DNA of 64,000 bases from the human T2T-CHM13v2.0 reference genome, Homo sapiens. Where the stretch lies: the NCBI RefSeq assembly GCF_009914755.1, contig NC_060928.1; one strand, given 5' to 3'. The notes under the pieces are model-generated. The model ran no database searches and was not told where the DNA came from. It saw only the letters and a list, made by a program, of their open reading frames with translations. How positions within the stretch are numbered: the first letter of the stretch is position 1; each line of letters begins with the position of its first letter. Below are positions 15,869-30,179 of the stretch, piece after piece. The translations under genes were made by a program, and so were the position numbers.

Positions 15869-16188
15869 GGCCAGGCGCGATGGCTCATGTCTGTAATCCC
15901 AGCACTTTGGGAGGCCGAGGCACCAGATCAGTTGAGGTCAAGAGTTTGAGACCAACCTGGCTAACATGATGAAACCCCGTCTCTACTAAAAATACAGCAA
16001 AAAAAAAAGTTAGTGGAGCATGATGGTGGGAGCCTGTAATCCCAGCTACTCAGGAGGCTGAGGCATGAGAATCACTTGAACCCACAAGGCGGAGGGAGCA
16101 GTGAGCCAAGATCAGGCCACTGCACTCCAGCCTGGGCAACAGAGCGAGACTCAGTCTCAAAACAAATAAAATAAATAAAATAATATAA
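15869..16188 (+). mobile_element. AluS
   Basis: Full dimer; TSD AGATCATA. Confidence 0.95.
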
Positions 16189-17290
16189 ACAGATCATATC
16201 CGGCAAATGTTGACAACTATTTTACCTTCATACTTATTCAAAATTTCAAAATATTAACAGCAAAAGACTTAAGTAGGAGTGCCAAGGCAACCACAAACGG
16301 GCCAGCAGTTTAGTTTGCAAACAGAATTGAATTGTACAGGGCAGGGCTCACACACTGACCCCGGCCCAGGGGGACCCTTAAATATCAAGGCAGGAGAACA
16401 TTGGTGTGTCAGCCTACGTGGGACCAAACTGCAGAATTTCCTACAAGATCCGTCTTTCCTCCTTTTTTATAGTCCGATACTCTCTTTGTCAACCTGTTTC
16501 ATTAGTTAGTAGGTCACAAAAAGGGAAACTTCTCAATTGCTGAAAAATCTTTCTCTAGTTCTTAAAATCACAAGGTTTGTGCCTGTAACATACATGTTTT
16601 ATATCTATTCCGACAGTTGCCATCCAGTGTGTATTGTTACCACGTTTAATACATTAAAGTAAATCCCACTGCACCATGCGTGTGGACTGCCGTGCACACT
16701 GACTGTGCTCTTTTTGTTCAGTATGGCTCCGCTTTTAAAGCTGTGGTCTGTGTGTGTTTGTGTGGATGACGTGCACGGCTTTCTGAAACGATGCTCCAGT
16801 GGTGGTGAAGGGGACAGCGGGGCTGGACTCTGCCCACCCTGGCCCAGCTGGGCACCCAGCTCCCGTCCTGGCTCCTGCTCCTGTTCTGCCCCTCTCACCA
16901 GATTCTGAGCCTGGGTTTGTTCACAGACTGATCCCCAGACTCCAACGCCTGGGACTTGACACCTTCTGCTAAAACTCTTCTCTACATTCAACGTGCCGCA
17001 GGCTCACCTTTCACAAAACGACTAGATTTTGGCTGATGAGCCCTGTTCCCGTGGGCGTCTGACTGTAGTGAGTCCTTGTTTGGGCTGCACCGTTCCTGTC
17101 TCGGCACCGATGTAGTCGACCGTCCAGGTGAGGCCGAACCAGGAGAGCTTTGGCAGCGGTGAAGCCTCTCCATTCTTTCCAGACCAGTGCTGAAATACAC
17201 CCCAGTGGTTCCAACAAATAAACTAATATCCAGACATCCACCCCTCCAGGGACAACAAATATAGAGGTTAATACAAATATTGAGAGGACA

Positions 17291-17654
<364 letters not shown>

Positions 17655-18588
17655 TTAGATATTGGCATCAAGCTTTTTAAAGAAAAAAATACTGATTTTA
17701 TTCAAATGCAGCGAAGTTTCTATTATTAATACTGCCACCGCAGAACCCGCTGACCTTGCGAAATGCTGGGTTCACCTGCAGGACGCAGACACAGAGTTCA
17801 CTGTGGCTAAGACCAGGTCAGCCTATGGGATCTAGAGAGTTCTGATCCAGGCAAACTCTTCCAGGAAATGGAACTGTGTATCAGAGAATGAGAAATAGAA
17901 GGAACACTTTTCTGTGAATGCCTCTTTACTGTCTCAGTATAGAAAACTTACACAAAATTCAAGAAGCAACTCAAATAACTCTGCCTCCTCATGCCCCTGC
18001 CTGCTACTTATTCAGATGCACGTTCCCACCGTGTTTCTCCCACTCTCGGGGCGGCACTCATGACTCTATGACGCTCGTTTCTGTGCCTTGCCTCCCCCAG
18101 GATTGTGAGCGAGGGTAAGACAAGGATTGTGCCTCATTCATCTCAGTATCTCAGCTCTTCGTAGAGTGATGTGCAAATAGTAGGCCCTTCAAAGATGCGC
18201 GGAGTTAACACAGAGTTCATTTCTGAAGCTTTTGGCAGCATGGATGCTGTTGATCCCTTGCTGGGAGGGAACTAAACTTCAGACCACCCATGTGGGATCT
18301 TGAAACAGAAACAGGGAATCCTGTTTTCACTTCATATGTAGATGGCTTTACAAAGATGTCACTCCCACCTTAGCAAGGAGGAAAAGCCATGTGATCTTCA
18401 CAGTGCCAACTTTTCTTGAGCACTTCAGAAAGCTGAGGTTGCAAGGCAAGCAAGTGAAGTCAGTTCTGAGGAGTGACAGGTCCCTCGGGGAGAATCGGGC
18501 CGCACAGATGGTTTCACCCTTGGCAGAGTGTGAGAGGAGGGTGGATGGAGCAGCCGTAAAAGCAGGTTGGAAGAAAACAGCCAGGATG

Positions 18589-18921
18589 GGCCGGGTGCGG
18601 TGGCTAACGCCTGTAATCCCAGCACTTTGGGAGGCCGAGGCAGGCGAATCACAAGGTCAGGAGTTCGAGACCAGCCTGGCCAACATGGTGAAACCCCATC
18701 TCTACTAAAAATACAAAAATTAGCTAGGCATAGTGACAGGCGCCTGTAATCCCAGCTACTCGGGAGGCTGAGGCAGGAGAATCGCTTGAACCCGGGAGGC
18801 GGAGGTTGCATGAGCCGAGATCACGCCGCTGCACTTCAGTCCGGGGGGCGACAGAGTGAGAGTCCGTCTCAAAAACAAAAAAAGCAAAACGAAACAAAAC
18901 AAACAAAAACAAAACAAAAAA
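18589..18921 (+). mobile_element. AluS (Sg-like)
   Basis: Full dimer with an (AAAAC)n tail. Confidence 0.95.
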
Positions 18922-19454
18922 CCCAGCCAGAATGTAGCAAATTCTTAAAGTCTGAGTGTGAGCTTGTGTGCTAGATGGTTGAGAAAGCCCCGGTGGGCCT
19001 GAGACACAAGGAGAACCTGCATTCACCTAGTGTTAGCTCTTTCCACCATCTCCACTGTGTGCTCCTGAGGAAGATCTGGACAGGGAAGGACAATCCAGCT
19101 ACTGTCCCTGACACAGATACTGCTTCAGGGGAGGGGAAGAAGCAAAAGCGCTGTTTGTCCTTGGGGGAAGACCTGGAAAATACTCAGGTGCAAGATCCTG
19201 TGATGGATGCAAAGCGAAGGCGGTTACCATGGGGAAGGGAGCTGGGAAGCTTTGCAAGCAGGAGGAATAGCTGCTGGGCAAAGTGACACCACTTTGTGGA
19301 AAGCTCACTATCACCACCTTCCTCTCAGCCCCTACAAGCCCAGAGAACAGGCAAAGTGCTTTGGCGGAGGTGTCTAGAAGAATCTAGTGCTTCTGTCACC
19401 AGGTGTGTGAAAATATCTCAACTCCTCACAAGGTCCACTGCCTTGCGCTGCTCA

Positions 19455-19522
19455 TTTTCAATTAGCAATAATCATGCCTTGGATAAACCTCATTGGCTAT
19501 GATACAGCCACTGCAGAGAGCT
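19455..19522 (-). pseudogene. U4 snRNA retropseudogene, 3'-truncated (about nt 1-68)
   Basis: Minus strand AGCTCTCTGCAGTGGCTGTATCATAGCCAATGAGGTTTATCCAAGGCATGATTATTGCTAATTGAAAA matches the U4 5' end; flanked by GCTGYTCATTTTC repeats. Confidence 0.9.
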
Positions 19523-20033
19523 ATGCTGTTCATTTTCTTCACCTAAGACTCACAAAGCAGGGGATGGGGGGCAGTCAGACCTTAGCTACAAGAGGCTGGG
19601 AAGTGTAATTTTCATCCATCTTTCTTTCCTTCCCTCCCTCCCTCCCTTCCTTCCTTCCCTTTCATCTCTCTTGTCCTTTCTTTCTTCTCTTTCTTCTCTG
19701 CCTCTGCAGTTCAAACAGGCATTCTAGCTGTAGTTCAGAAAGTGATTCCATAAATGGGTTGGAACAGGAGTTGAAAAGCCAGTCCATAATTTCTACTGCA
19801 CCTCTCATCCCACTAAATACCATTACGTCAGAGGCCCTGTTCATTTCCTTTACAGTGCCACAGCAGTTACAACAAAACAAAATACACATAATGGTGGTTT
19901 ATTTTTACTTATTTAATGTCCTCCTCTGCCCCATTCATTTATAAGTTCCGCTCATGCCTCGTGTAAACAAAAACTAAAACTCTAAGCCCTCAACCGACTG
20001 AATGGATCCCTTCTGAGCCAAGGAGACCTCAAA

Positions 20034-21169
20034 TGATATGGTTTGGATGTGTGTCCCCTCCAAATCTCATGCTGATGTAATCCCCAATGTTGCAGGTGGG
20101 GCCTGGTGAGAGGTGTTTGGGTCATGGGATGTATCCCTCATGAATGGCTTGGTGCCATCCTCATGGTAATGAGTGAGTTCTTGCTGTATCAGTTCATGGG
20201 AGAGCTGGTTGTCTAAAATAACCCGGCACCTCTGTGATTGCCAGACAGTTTCTTCTTGCTGGCTGCACAGACAAAATCAATCCACTGAGACCACAGCATT
20301 GCAGTACAGAAAGAGTTTAACTGACACGAAGCCGGACCACATGGGAGAACTGGAGCTATCATTCAAATTGGTCTCTCTGAAGGCTCAGAGGTTAGAGTCT
20401 TTATGACAATTTGGTGGGCGGGGAGTTAGGGAATGGGCGCTGCCGATTGGTTGGGGATGAAATCACAGGGTGCAGAAACAATCCCCGTGCTCTGAGTCAG
20501 CTGCTGGGTGGAGCCACAGGATCAGGTGAGTCAGGAGTCAGGAGTCCAGGTGGGGTGTGTCTGAAACACATCTCAGAAAACCCATCTTAGGTTCTACAGT
20601 AGTGATGTCATCCATAGGAGCAATTGAGAAGGTCTCAAATCTTGTGACCCCTGGCCACGTGACCCCTGAGTAGTTAGGGATTGTAGGAACAACACCTGTC
20701 TCTTAGCAGGTTCAGGCCCCTCCCATAATCCTAACCATGAGGTCTTTCATTGGTTCTAGAAAGGTGGTTCAGTTCTGGGAAGGGCTGTTATCATCCTTGT
20801 CTTAAGGTTAAACTATAAACTAAATTTTTCCCAAGGTTAGCTTGGCTTACATCCAGGAATGACCAAGGACAGCTTGGAGGTCGGAAGCAAGATGGAGTCA
20901 CCTATGTCAGATTTCTCTCACTGTCATCATCTTTCCAAAAGCAGTTTCACCTCACTGCTCTTTCTCTTGCTCCCTCTCTTGCCTTGTGATACGCTGGCTC
21001 CCCCTGAGTCTTCCACCATGATTGGAAGCTTCCTAAGGCCTCACAAGAAGCAGATGCTGGCAAGACACTTCCTATACAGCCTACAGAACTGTAAGCCAAA
21101 GTAAACTTGTCTTTATAAATTATCTGGTCTCAGGTATCCCTTTATAGCAATGCAAAACAAACTAATACA
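20034..21169 (+). mobile_element. MSTA/MSTB MaLR LTR, interrupted
   Basis: TGATATGGTTTGG...AACTAATACA. Confidence 0.88.
20233..20949 (-). mobile_element. LTR8A-like ERV1 solo LTR
   Basis: Minus-strand start TGAAACTGCTTTTGGAAAGATGATGACAGTGAGAG; perfect TSD CCTC. Confidence 0.82.
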
Positions 21170-21542
21170 CCAGAGAGGCCTGAAAAACTGAATTCCCCAC
21201 CACAATGGGAAGGGATGTCAGACACACCTCGCTATGCCCCCTCCCTTTGGAGTTTAGGTACAACTGACCAGCATTAACATGAAAACAGAGATCATAACAC
21301 TGACAAAACAGACTCCATGGCAATAAGATAACAAATTCCAACCTGACTCTGGTATAGCATCATATGACAGATAGCACTCTCTGAAGGAAATCAAGTGTAT
21401 TTTACCTTAAAATATATTTCATTGACATATTTTGAAATGGCCCTGCAAAGCCATCTTTCATGGAGGAAGTTTGTAGAGAATCTTCATTCATGCAGCCTGG
21501 CCTTTCCCGATCTAGGAGAGATTAACTAAGAGTCTGACACCT

Positions 21543-21842
21543 GGCTGGGCGTGGTGGCTTACGCCTGTAATCCCAGCACTTTGGGAGGCTGAGGCAGGCG
21601 GATTACAAGGTCAGGATATCAAGACCATCCTGGCTAACACAGTGAAACCCCGTCTCTACTAAAAATACAAAAAACTAGCCGGACATGGTGGCGGTGCCTG
21701 TAGTCCCAGCTACTCAGGAGGCTGAGGCAGGAGAATGGCGTGAACCTGGGAGGTGGAGCTTGCGGTGAGCCAAGATTGCGCCACTGCGCTCCAGCCTGGG
21801 TGACAGAATGAGACTCTGTCTCAAAAAAAAAAAAAAAAAAAA
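21543..21842 (+). mobile_element. AluY-like
   Basis: Diagnostic GAATGGCGTGAACC and GAGCTTGC; TSD AGAGTCYGACACCT. Confidence 0.92.
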
Positions 21843-22686
21843 CAGAGTCCGACACCTGTTAAGTTCTGAAAAGAGACATTCAGTATCTATTCTCTCTGAA
21901 GGCTGCTACCTGGAGGCTTCATCTACATAACAAGGACCTTGCCTTCCACAACTCCCCTTATGTGAACCCAAGCATTTCTTTCTACCAACTTCAAGCCTTT
22001 AGACAAAGCTTAACTGTTTCAAACAATTGCCAATCAGAAAATCTTTGAATCTACTTATGACTTATAAGCCCCCCACTTCTCACCTTTGAGATATCCCACC
22101 TTTCCAGGCAGAACCAATGTACACTGTACATGTACTGATTTATGTCTTTGTCTGTAACTTCTTTCTCCCTAAAATCTATAAAACCAAGCCATAACCCGAC
22201 CACCTCAGACAGCCTCTGTCAGGACCCCTTGAGACTGTTCTCTGAGTCATGGCCACTCATATTGGTGCAGAATAAACCTCTTCAGCTGTTTTACAGAGTT
22301 TGGTTTTGCCAGTAACACTCACGCTTTGCACTTTGTCCACCTCGTCCTTGGGGTATCCTCACTCTAAACCACAGTGTTTAGTATATGGTTGGCACTTGAT
22401 ACATATTGCTGAATAAATGATCAGGCCCTTTAAGAACTGGTTAAGAACAAAACAAAAGCAAGACTGCCCTTTCTATGGAAAAATAAATACTTAGATGTCC
22501 AGACATGTTTATACTCAACTTCCTGAATTTCCCAAAAGGAAATGCGGGGAGGGGATGAGATGAGGTCTGCTCTAGTTAACTTGCTTGGAAGCAGCAATTT
22601 TGATCATGGAACTATTAAAATGTATGTGACCTTCCAAAAAAAATAAAGAGGGGAAATAGTTTCAATGTTCCAAACTCCCTCTTTGG

Positions 22687-22775
22687 GTCTGAAACATGTG
22701 TCACTGGCAGGTCACCCTCCCGGGAGTGCATGTCTGAAACGTGTCACTGGCAGGTCACCCTCCTGGGAGTGCACG
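22687..22775. repeat. Tandem duplication of about 45 bp
   Basis: GTCTGAAAC(AT)GTGTCACTGGCAGGTCACCCTCCYGGGAGTGCA occurs twice. Confidence 0.85.
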
Positions 22776-23771
22776 CCTGCACGAAGCCCATGTTTGGCTG
22801 TGCCTGGAGTGTCTCCATTAGCGCTGGCACATAATGCTGCAGCCTGCGCCAGCTGCTTTTCAAACAGATTCACTGGCAACAGAAAAGGAAGAAAAAAAAA
22901 ATCCAAGGTCTTAGGGTACATTTTTTTCATTCTCTTTCTACAGCTAAAAGGAAGCTGGAAGCTTGAGAAGGATTCACAGTAGCTGAATAATAGCCAGAAA
23001 GGGAGATTAGCAAGGAGCATTGTGAGAGCTGGGAGATTTTTCTTGGGTTTAGCACGAGAAGAATGTAATGCTGTGTGTGTTTGACTTGCTCGTTCTGTTG
23101 GTGTCCCCCCTCCCTTGGCTCCAGAGCCCCTGTACGCCTTCCCTCTTCCTTTGCCAGTAAGGGATTGACATGGGGTCAGTCATGAAGACGCTGTCTCCCA
23201 GCCCCACCCCAAAGGTCACAGCAGGAGGCTGCTGCAGGCTGCCTCTCAGGCTGCCAGTGGGAACAAAGATGAGGGCTGCTCAGCTCTTTTCTGGCTACCC
23301 AGGGAGAACAGTAAATCCCCTGGTGCTGCAGAGAGACCTGGACTTGGCGTGGAGACATGCTCCTTCCAAGTGACTAATTGTCAGATTTTCATATTTCATA
23401 AGGCACGCCAGCAATGAACAAGCAAGCAAAGGGACCGCAAATTAAGAAAATTACTCTAATTTATTGGTAACAATCAACCTTCATTTTCCTCTTTTCCATG
23501 GAACTTCTTCCTAATGACCTCCCCTCCTACAGCTGTGTCATTTGGATAAACACATCTCTCAGACATTTTTTAATGAAATTTGAGGCTATTCACGAAGGAG
23601 GAAGGGGAGGAAAAAGAAAACTCCTTATGCTCATCTCCCTTCATATTGTAGATGGTTCATAATGAGCACAGTGTCTTTTGAGATGTACTTGAAGGCATAT
23701 TTTTCCATTTCCCGTAAATCTTCATGCTCTGGGTGTCCCAGTCATTGAAGCTGTGGGTTGCAGTGCTCCAA

Positions 23772-24266
23772 GAGTAAAAGGGTTCAGGAAATGCGACCGC
23801 AAAATATACTGATTGCTTCAAATGGAGGGCACTGGAGGAGCAGCAATGCAGGGAGGGGCTTTCTCTGAACCTGCCTATCTGCCTAAAAACCCAACTCTCC
23901 AACAGGAGCTCAATTGTCATGCATCTCCTCCCTGGGAATCTCATCAACCTGGGAGGATTATCCAGGAGAGACTTGGGGTCCACAGGACATCCAGGCAGAC
24001 TCAGTCACAGGCATCACCCATTCACCTTCCCCCAGGTCATTCTCTCACCCCAGGCTTCCCGCACCTCCCCTCTTTCCCTGGGAAGAGGTTTGTGGGCTTC
24101 CAGACCACACTGGGTTTGGGCACTCACTTTTCTTCCCTGGGCTGCCCCTGTGCATATAATACATGTGTTTGCCTTTTCTCCCACTCATCTGCCTACTGTC
24201 TGCGTATTTCATAGACTCAGTTATCAAACCTTCAGAGAGCAGGGGGGTTGTCTTCCCTCCCCTGCA
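23772..24266 (+). mobile_element. MER34-like ERV1 LTR
   Basis: GGGTTCAGGAAATGCGACCGCAAAATAT...AACCTTCAGAG. Confidence 0.55.
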
Positions 24267-25000
24267 AGGGAAAAGTGGCTTCCTGCTCTTCCAGTTTACA
24301 GGTATATGCTGGGACAGTCAAACCTGATTTTTGTTGCTGTCTGCAGCAAGACAGTAAGACCACAGGCTAGACTTTGGAGAGAGGATGAGAGCAAGGATAA
24401 GTGAAAGAATAAGAGTGAGCAAAAGTGAGGAAGAGAGAGAGAGAGAAGAGAGAATTTTATGAATCTCTTAAGCATATGCGGAACTCAGCCTGGAGGTCTG
24501 TGATCACACGATTGGTCCAGGATGGGAGGTGGGCTGTCTTTGTGCCTGGAGGGCATGGCCAGGAGACCCCCGCTGCTGTAGAGCAGGAGGAGGATGCAAT
24601 GGATGGGAGGGGAGCAAACTGTTGTTCTGTTCCCTTTGTGCTGAGAAATGGTGGAAAGAGGAGAGAGAGGCAATGTGGGCAACCAAGCATTGAGGAAACG
24701 GAGCACTTACTGAAGAAGAGATTTTAAATTAATAAATTCGGTTGAACAAAATCTTGATTCGCAGTCCTGCCCCATTCCTAGCGCTGGCAGGTTCAGGCTC
24801 AGGAGTGAGATGCGATCACTTGTCGAGAAACTGAGAAGTCACGTGTGTTTCATCCATGAGACTGTGATGCGAGTGAGTTTGCTACCCAGCCACAGTGAAA
24901 CTTAGCCAGCGTCTGCATGTTCTATTTTACTGATGGGATAGCACTGTAGGAGGCAAAAGGAGATTGTGAAATGACACCGAGATCATAGTGATAATCTTAT

Positions 25001-25857
25001 CATCAACAAAAAGAGTCAAACGCTATAGAATGTTTGAAGAGAGTTATTCTGAGCCAAATATGAGTGACCATGGCCCCAGGAACAGTCTCCCGAGGTCCTA
25101 AGGACATGTGCCTAAGGTGGTCAGGCTGCAGCTCGGTTCTGTACATTTTAGGGACACATGAGACATCGATCAATACACGTAAGGTTCACGTTGGTTCAGT
25201 CCAGAAAGGCAGAACAACTCACATTGGCAGGGGCAGAAGAAGTGGATTTGAAGATTTTCTGATTGGCAGTTGGTTGAAAGAGTCCAGTTATTATCTAAAG
25301 AGCTGGAATCAGTAGAAAGGAGTGTCTGGGTTAAGACAAGGGGTTGTGGAGACCAAGCTTCTTCTTATCCAGACGAGGCCTCCAGGTGGCAGGCTTCAGA
25401 GAGAACAGATTGTAAATGTTTGTTACCAGACTTAAAAAGGTGCCAGACTTTAGTTAATTCTCTCCTGGATCAGGGAAAAGATGTGGTAAGGGAAAGGGGA
25501 TTCTCTACAGAATATAGATTTTCCCCACAAGAGACAGCTTTACAGGACCATTCCAAAATATGTCAAAGAAATATATTTTGGGGAGAAATACTTCCGTTTC
25601 TTTAAGGCCTGCTCTGTCATGTTGGTATCTTATTGCTAGAAAGCGTGTGTTTTGTCAGTCGTAAGGTCTCTGTTTTAATGTTAATGCTGGTCAGCTGGGC
25701 TGGATGCCACAGGGAGGAGGGTACAACAAAGCATATCCAAACACCCCTTCCCATCATGGCCCGAACTCGTTGATCAGGTTAACTTTGGAATGCCCTTGGC
25801 CAAGAGGAAGGGTCCGTTCAGTTGGTTGAAGGGCTTAGAATTTTATTTTTGTTTACA
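25001..25857 (-). mobile_element. MER4B/D-like ERV1 solo LTR
   Basis: Minus-strand start TGTAAACAAAAATAAAATTCTAAGCCC. Confidence 0.82.
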
Positions 25858-26270
25858 ATGTGCTTTCTCAAAAGGAGGCTTTTTGTTTGTTCTTCCTGCC
25901 ATTGCTGCACGGCTCTGAGGCAGTAAAAAAAAAAAATGATATTGGGTACATCAGTGTTTCCCCGGCCTCCCATGGAGGGGCGGAGCATGTTGTCAATCTT
26001 GAGAAAGATTATAATCAATCCAGTCAAGTTCAGGTCAGTTCAGTATCTTGACTGCTTTTCAGCAGTGACCAGAAATGGCCTCACCTTGGAAGAAGCACAG
26101 GCAACTTCCGGTTTCTCTCCTCAGAAACCCTGGGCTTCTATAACTGTTAGGAGAATCTGCATGTTCTCATAACTGACTTCTGTGCTGTGACTTGCCAACT
26201 ACTATAAAGACTAGGTGGTACTTAAGGAAATGAGAACAAGAAATTGAAAAATGTGATTAACACACTCTGA

Positions 26271-26605
<335 letters not shown>

Positions 26606-26782
26606 CGACTCTTGAACTCTCTAAAGAACATGAACAAGTGGTGAAAAAAAACAGAGGATATTGTTTTCGCTTGAACAAAGATCACTTGTCATTTTTAAAA
26701 AACAAATGTTATTTCATTTATGAAAAGAAGAGCATCTATATATGTAAAGATTGCTACGTACATACAAAGGTTATCATTTACT

Positions 26783-28400
26783 CAAGGTACAGATCATGCC
26801 TGATGCATGCACGGATTCCCAGTCCCTCAGGGTACAGATCACACCTGATACACGCACGGATTCCCAGTCCCTCAGGGTACAGATCACACCTGATACACGC
26901 ACGGATTCCCAGTCCCTCAGGGTACAGATCACACCTGATACACGCACGGATTCCCAGTCCCTCAGGGTACAGATCACACCTGATACACGCACGGATTCCC
27001 AGTCCCTCAGGGTACAGATCACACCTGATACACGCATGGATTCCCAATCCCTCAGGGTACAGATCACACCTGATACACGCATGGATTCCCAATCCCTCAG
27101 GGTACAGATCACACCTGATACATGCATTCATTCCCAGTCCCTCAGGGTACAGATCACACCTGATACATGCATTGATTCCAAGTCTCTCAGGGTACAGATC
27201 ATGCCTCATACATGCATTGATTCCCAATCCCTCAGGGTACAGATCACACCTGATACACACACAGATTCCCAATCCCTCAGGGTACAGATCATGCCTGATG
27301 CACACACAGATTCCCAATCCCTCAGGGTACAGATCATACTTGATACACACTAGGATTCCCGATCCCTCAGGGTACAGATCACACCTGATACACGCACGGA
27401 TTCCCAATCCCTCAGGGTACAGATCATGCCTGATGCACACACGGATTCCCAATCCCTCAGGGTACAGATCATACTTGATACACACTAGGATTCCCGATCC
27501 CTCAGGGTACAGATCACACCTGATACACGCACGGATTCCCAATCCCTCAGGGTACAGATCATGCCTGATGCACACACGGATTCCCAATCCCTCAGGGTAC
27601 AGATCATGCCTGATACACACACGGATTCCCAATCCCTCAGGGTACAGATCACACCTGATACACGCATGGATTCCCAATCCCTCAGGGTACAGATCATGAC
27701 TGATGCACACACGGATTCCCAATCCCTCAGGGTACAGATCACGCCAGATACACCCGTGGATTCCTAATCCCTCAGGGTACAGATCATACCTGATACACAC
27801 TCAGATTCCCAATCCCTCAGGGTACAGATTATGCCTAATGCACACACGGAATCCCAATCCCTCAGGGTACAGATCATGCCTGAAACACACATGGATTCCC
27901 AATCCCTCAGGGTACAGATCACACCTGATACACACACAGATTCCCAATCCCTCAGGGTATAGATCACACCTGATACACACATTGATTCCCAATCCCTCAG
28001 GGTACAGATCATGACTGATACATACATGGATTCCCAATCCCTCAGGGTACAGATCACACCTGATCACACATGGATTCCCAATCCCTCAGGGTACAGATCA
28101 CACCTGCTACATGCACAGATTCCCAGTCCCTCAGGGTATAGATCATGACTGATACACACATTGATTCCCAATCCCTCAGGGTATAGATTATGACTGATAT
28201 ATACATGGATTTCCAATCCCTCAGGGTACAGATCACACCTGATGCACACATGGATTCCTAATCCCTCAGTGTACAGATCACACCTGATGCACACATGGAT
28301 TCCTAATCCCTCAGGGTACAGATCTCACCTGATACACACACTGATTACCAATCCCTCAGGATACAGATCGAGCCTGAGGCACACATGGATTCCCGATCCC
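26783..28400. repeat. Minisatellite, 45-bp unit, about 36 copies
   Basis: Unit CAGGGTACAGATCACACCTGATACACGCACGGATTCCCARTCCCT; 15-aa periodicity in the ORF track. Confidence 0.97.
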
Positions 28401-28714
28401 CTTGCTGTATCTTCCCTCCCTCCCCAGCCCTCAAGTAGGGAAAGATTTCCTCAGACATATGAGGATACTTTGACAGAAAAAATTTCCAATTACTTTTCTA
28501 ATTAGCACCTAAACATCCATCCATTTGTGTTATTACAATTAAAATTAAATTTTTATAAAACATTTTACAGGGTTAAAAAAAAGTCTGTTATTTTTCATAT
28601 AGTAAATTTTTGATAATTCATAAGTATACAATTACCTATCAAGGGCTTGTTCTTATTTTCAAATACAGAGTCTGTATGCTTTTGTACATATTCAGTAGCT
28701 ATTGCATCGGGTCA

Positions 28715-29233
<519 letters not shown>

Positions 29234-29337
29234 CTAACTTGTTTCTTATGTTTGTCTGATACTCCTAACTATTCCCATTACCAATTCACCTTGGTTGTCA
29301 TAAACTTACTACTCAGATTCAAATCTCATTTGTGAGC

Positions 29338-29734
29338 TGATACAGTTTGGATATTGTCCCCTCCAAATCTCAGGTTGAATTATAATCTCCAGTGTTGGAG
29401 GTGGGGTCTGGTGGGAGGTTTTTGGGTCATGGGGGTGGATCCCTTATGGCTTGGTGCTGTCCTTGTGACAGTGAGTTCCAGAGAGATTGGTTAAGTGTGT
29501 GGCATCTCCTCCCTACTCTCTCTCTTGCTCCTGCTCTGGCTATGTGACCCACCCGCTCCCTCTTTTTCTTCCACCATGAGTAAAAGCTCCCTGAGACAGC
29601 CCAGAAGACAAGCAGATGACAGCACCATGCTTCCTGTAAAGCCTGCAGAACCATGAGCCAATTAAACCTCTTTTCTTATAAATTACCCAGTCTCAGGTAT
29701 TTTTTTTATAGCAAGCCAAGAACAACCTAACACC
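29338..29734 (+). mobile_element. MSTA/MSTB solo LTR
   Basis: TGATACAGTTTGGATA...AAATTACCCAGTCTCAGGTA...CCTAACAC. Confidence 0.88.
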
Positions 29735-30179
29735 AGAGCTGAGGCGAATCCAAATCTGCCACTTCAATCAATATCTCAGTCATTCTATTTTGGTGAGCAG
29801 GAATATAATGCAGATAAGCCAGAGACTGATGTGGCAAGCAAAACACAAAACTCTAGCAACTGAAATGACACAGCAGGGAAGCAAGCAGAGAACAGCAGCA
29901 AAGAGTGCAGGAAGGAATGGAGCAGGAGGAGCTGGAATGAAGACTCTAAATTCAGTTGCTGGGAAGGACAGTGAAATGATGAAGAAAAGCACATATTGGG
30001 GGGCAGGGTGGGGAAGAGGACAGGAAAGGAAATGTTGAAGGTAGGCAGATGAGGTCACAGAAGCTGGTCATTCATTCACTTGCTAACCTAGTCACTGACC
30101 AAATGAGTGCTTATTTAGAATAAAGTGTGGAAGGTTGCCGTGGGACATGACATACAGGGAACAGAAGGGAAAAGAATGT

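Larger units (their letters stand above)
19962..22317 (+). mobile_element. MER4B/D-like ERV1 solo LTR, interrupted by nested insertions
   Basis: TGTAAACAAAAACTAAAACTCTAAGCCC...CAGTAACA; TSD CTCG/CTCA. Confidence 0.8.

Noticed and set aside
19962-25857. Two MER4-type LTRs as the ends of one provirus
   Set aside because: They are in opposite orientations, there is no internal retroviral sequence, and the first has its own TSD.
26638-27800. 353-aa and 340-aa ORFs
   Set aside because: Artefact of a 45-bp (3n) unit; several frames on both strands are open and there is no gene structure.
26783-28400. CRISPR-like look (constant palindromic core plus variable part)
   Set aside because: The variable parts are point variants of one sequence rather than unique spacers, there are no cas genes, and the context is primate DNA.
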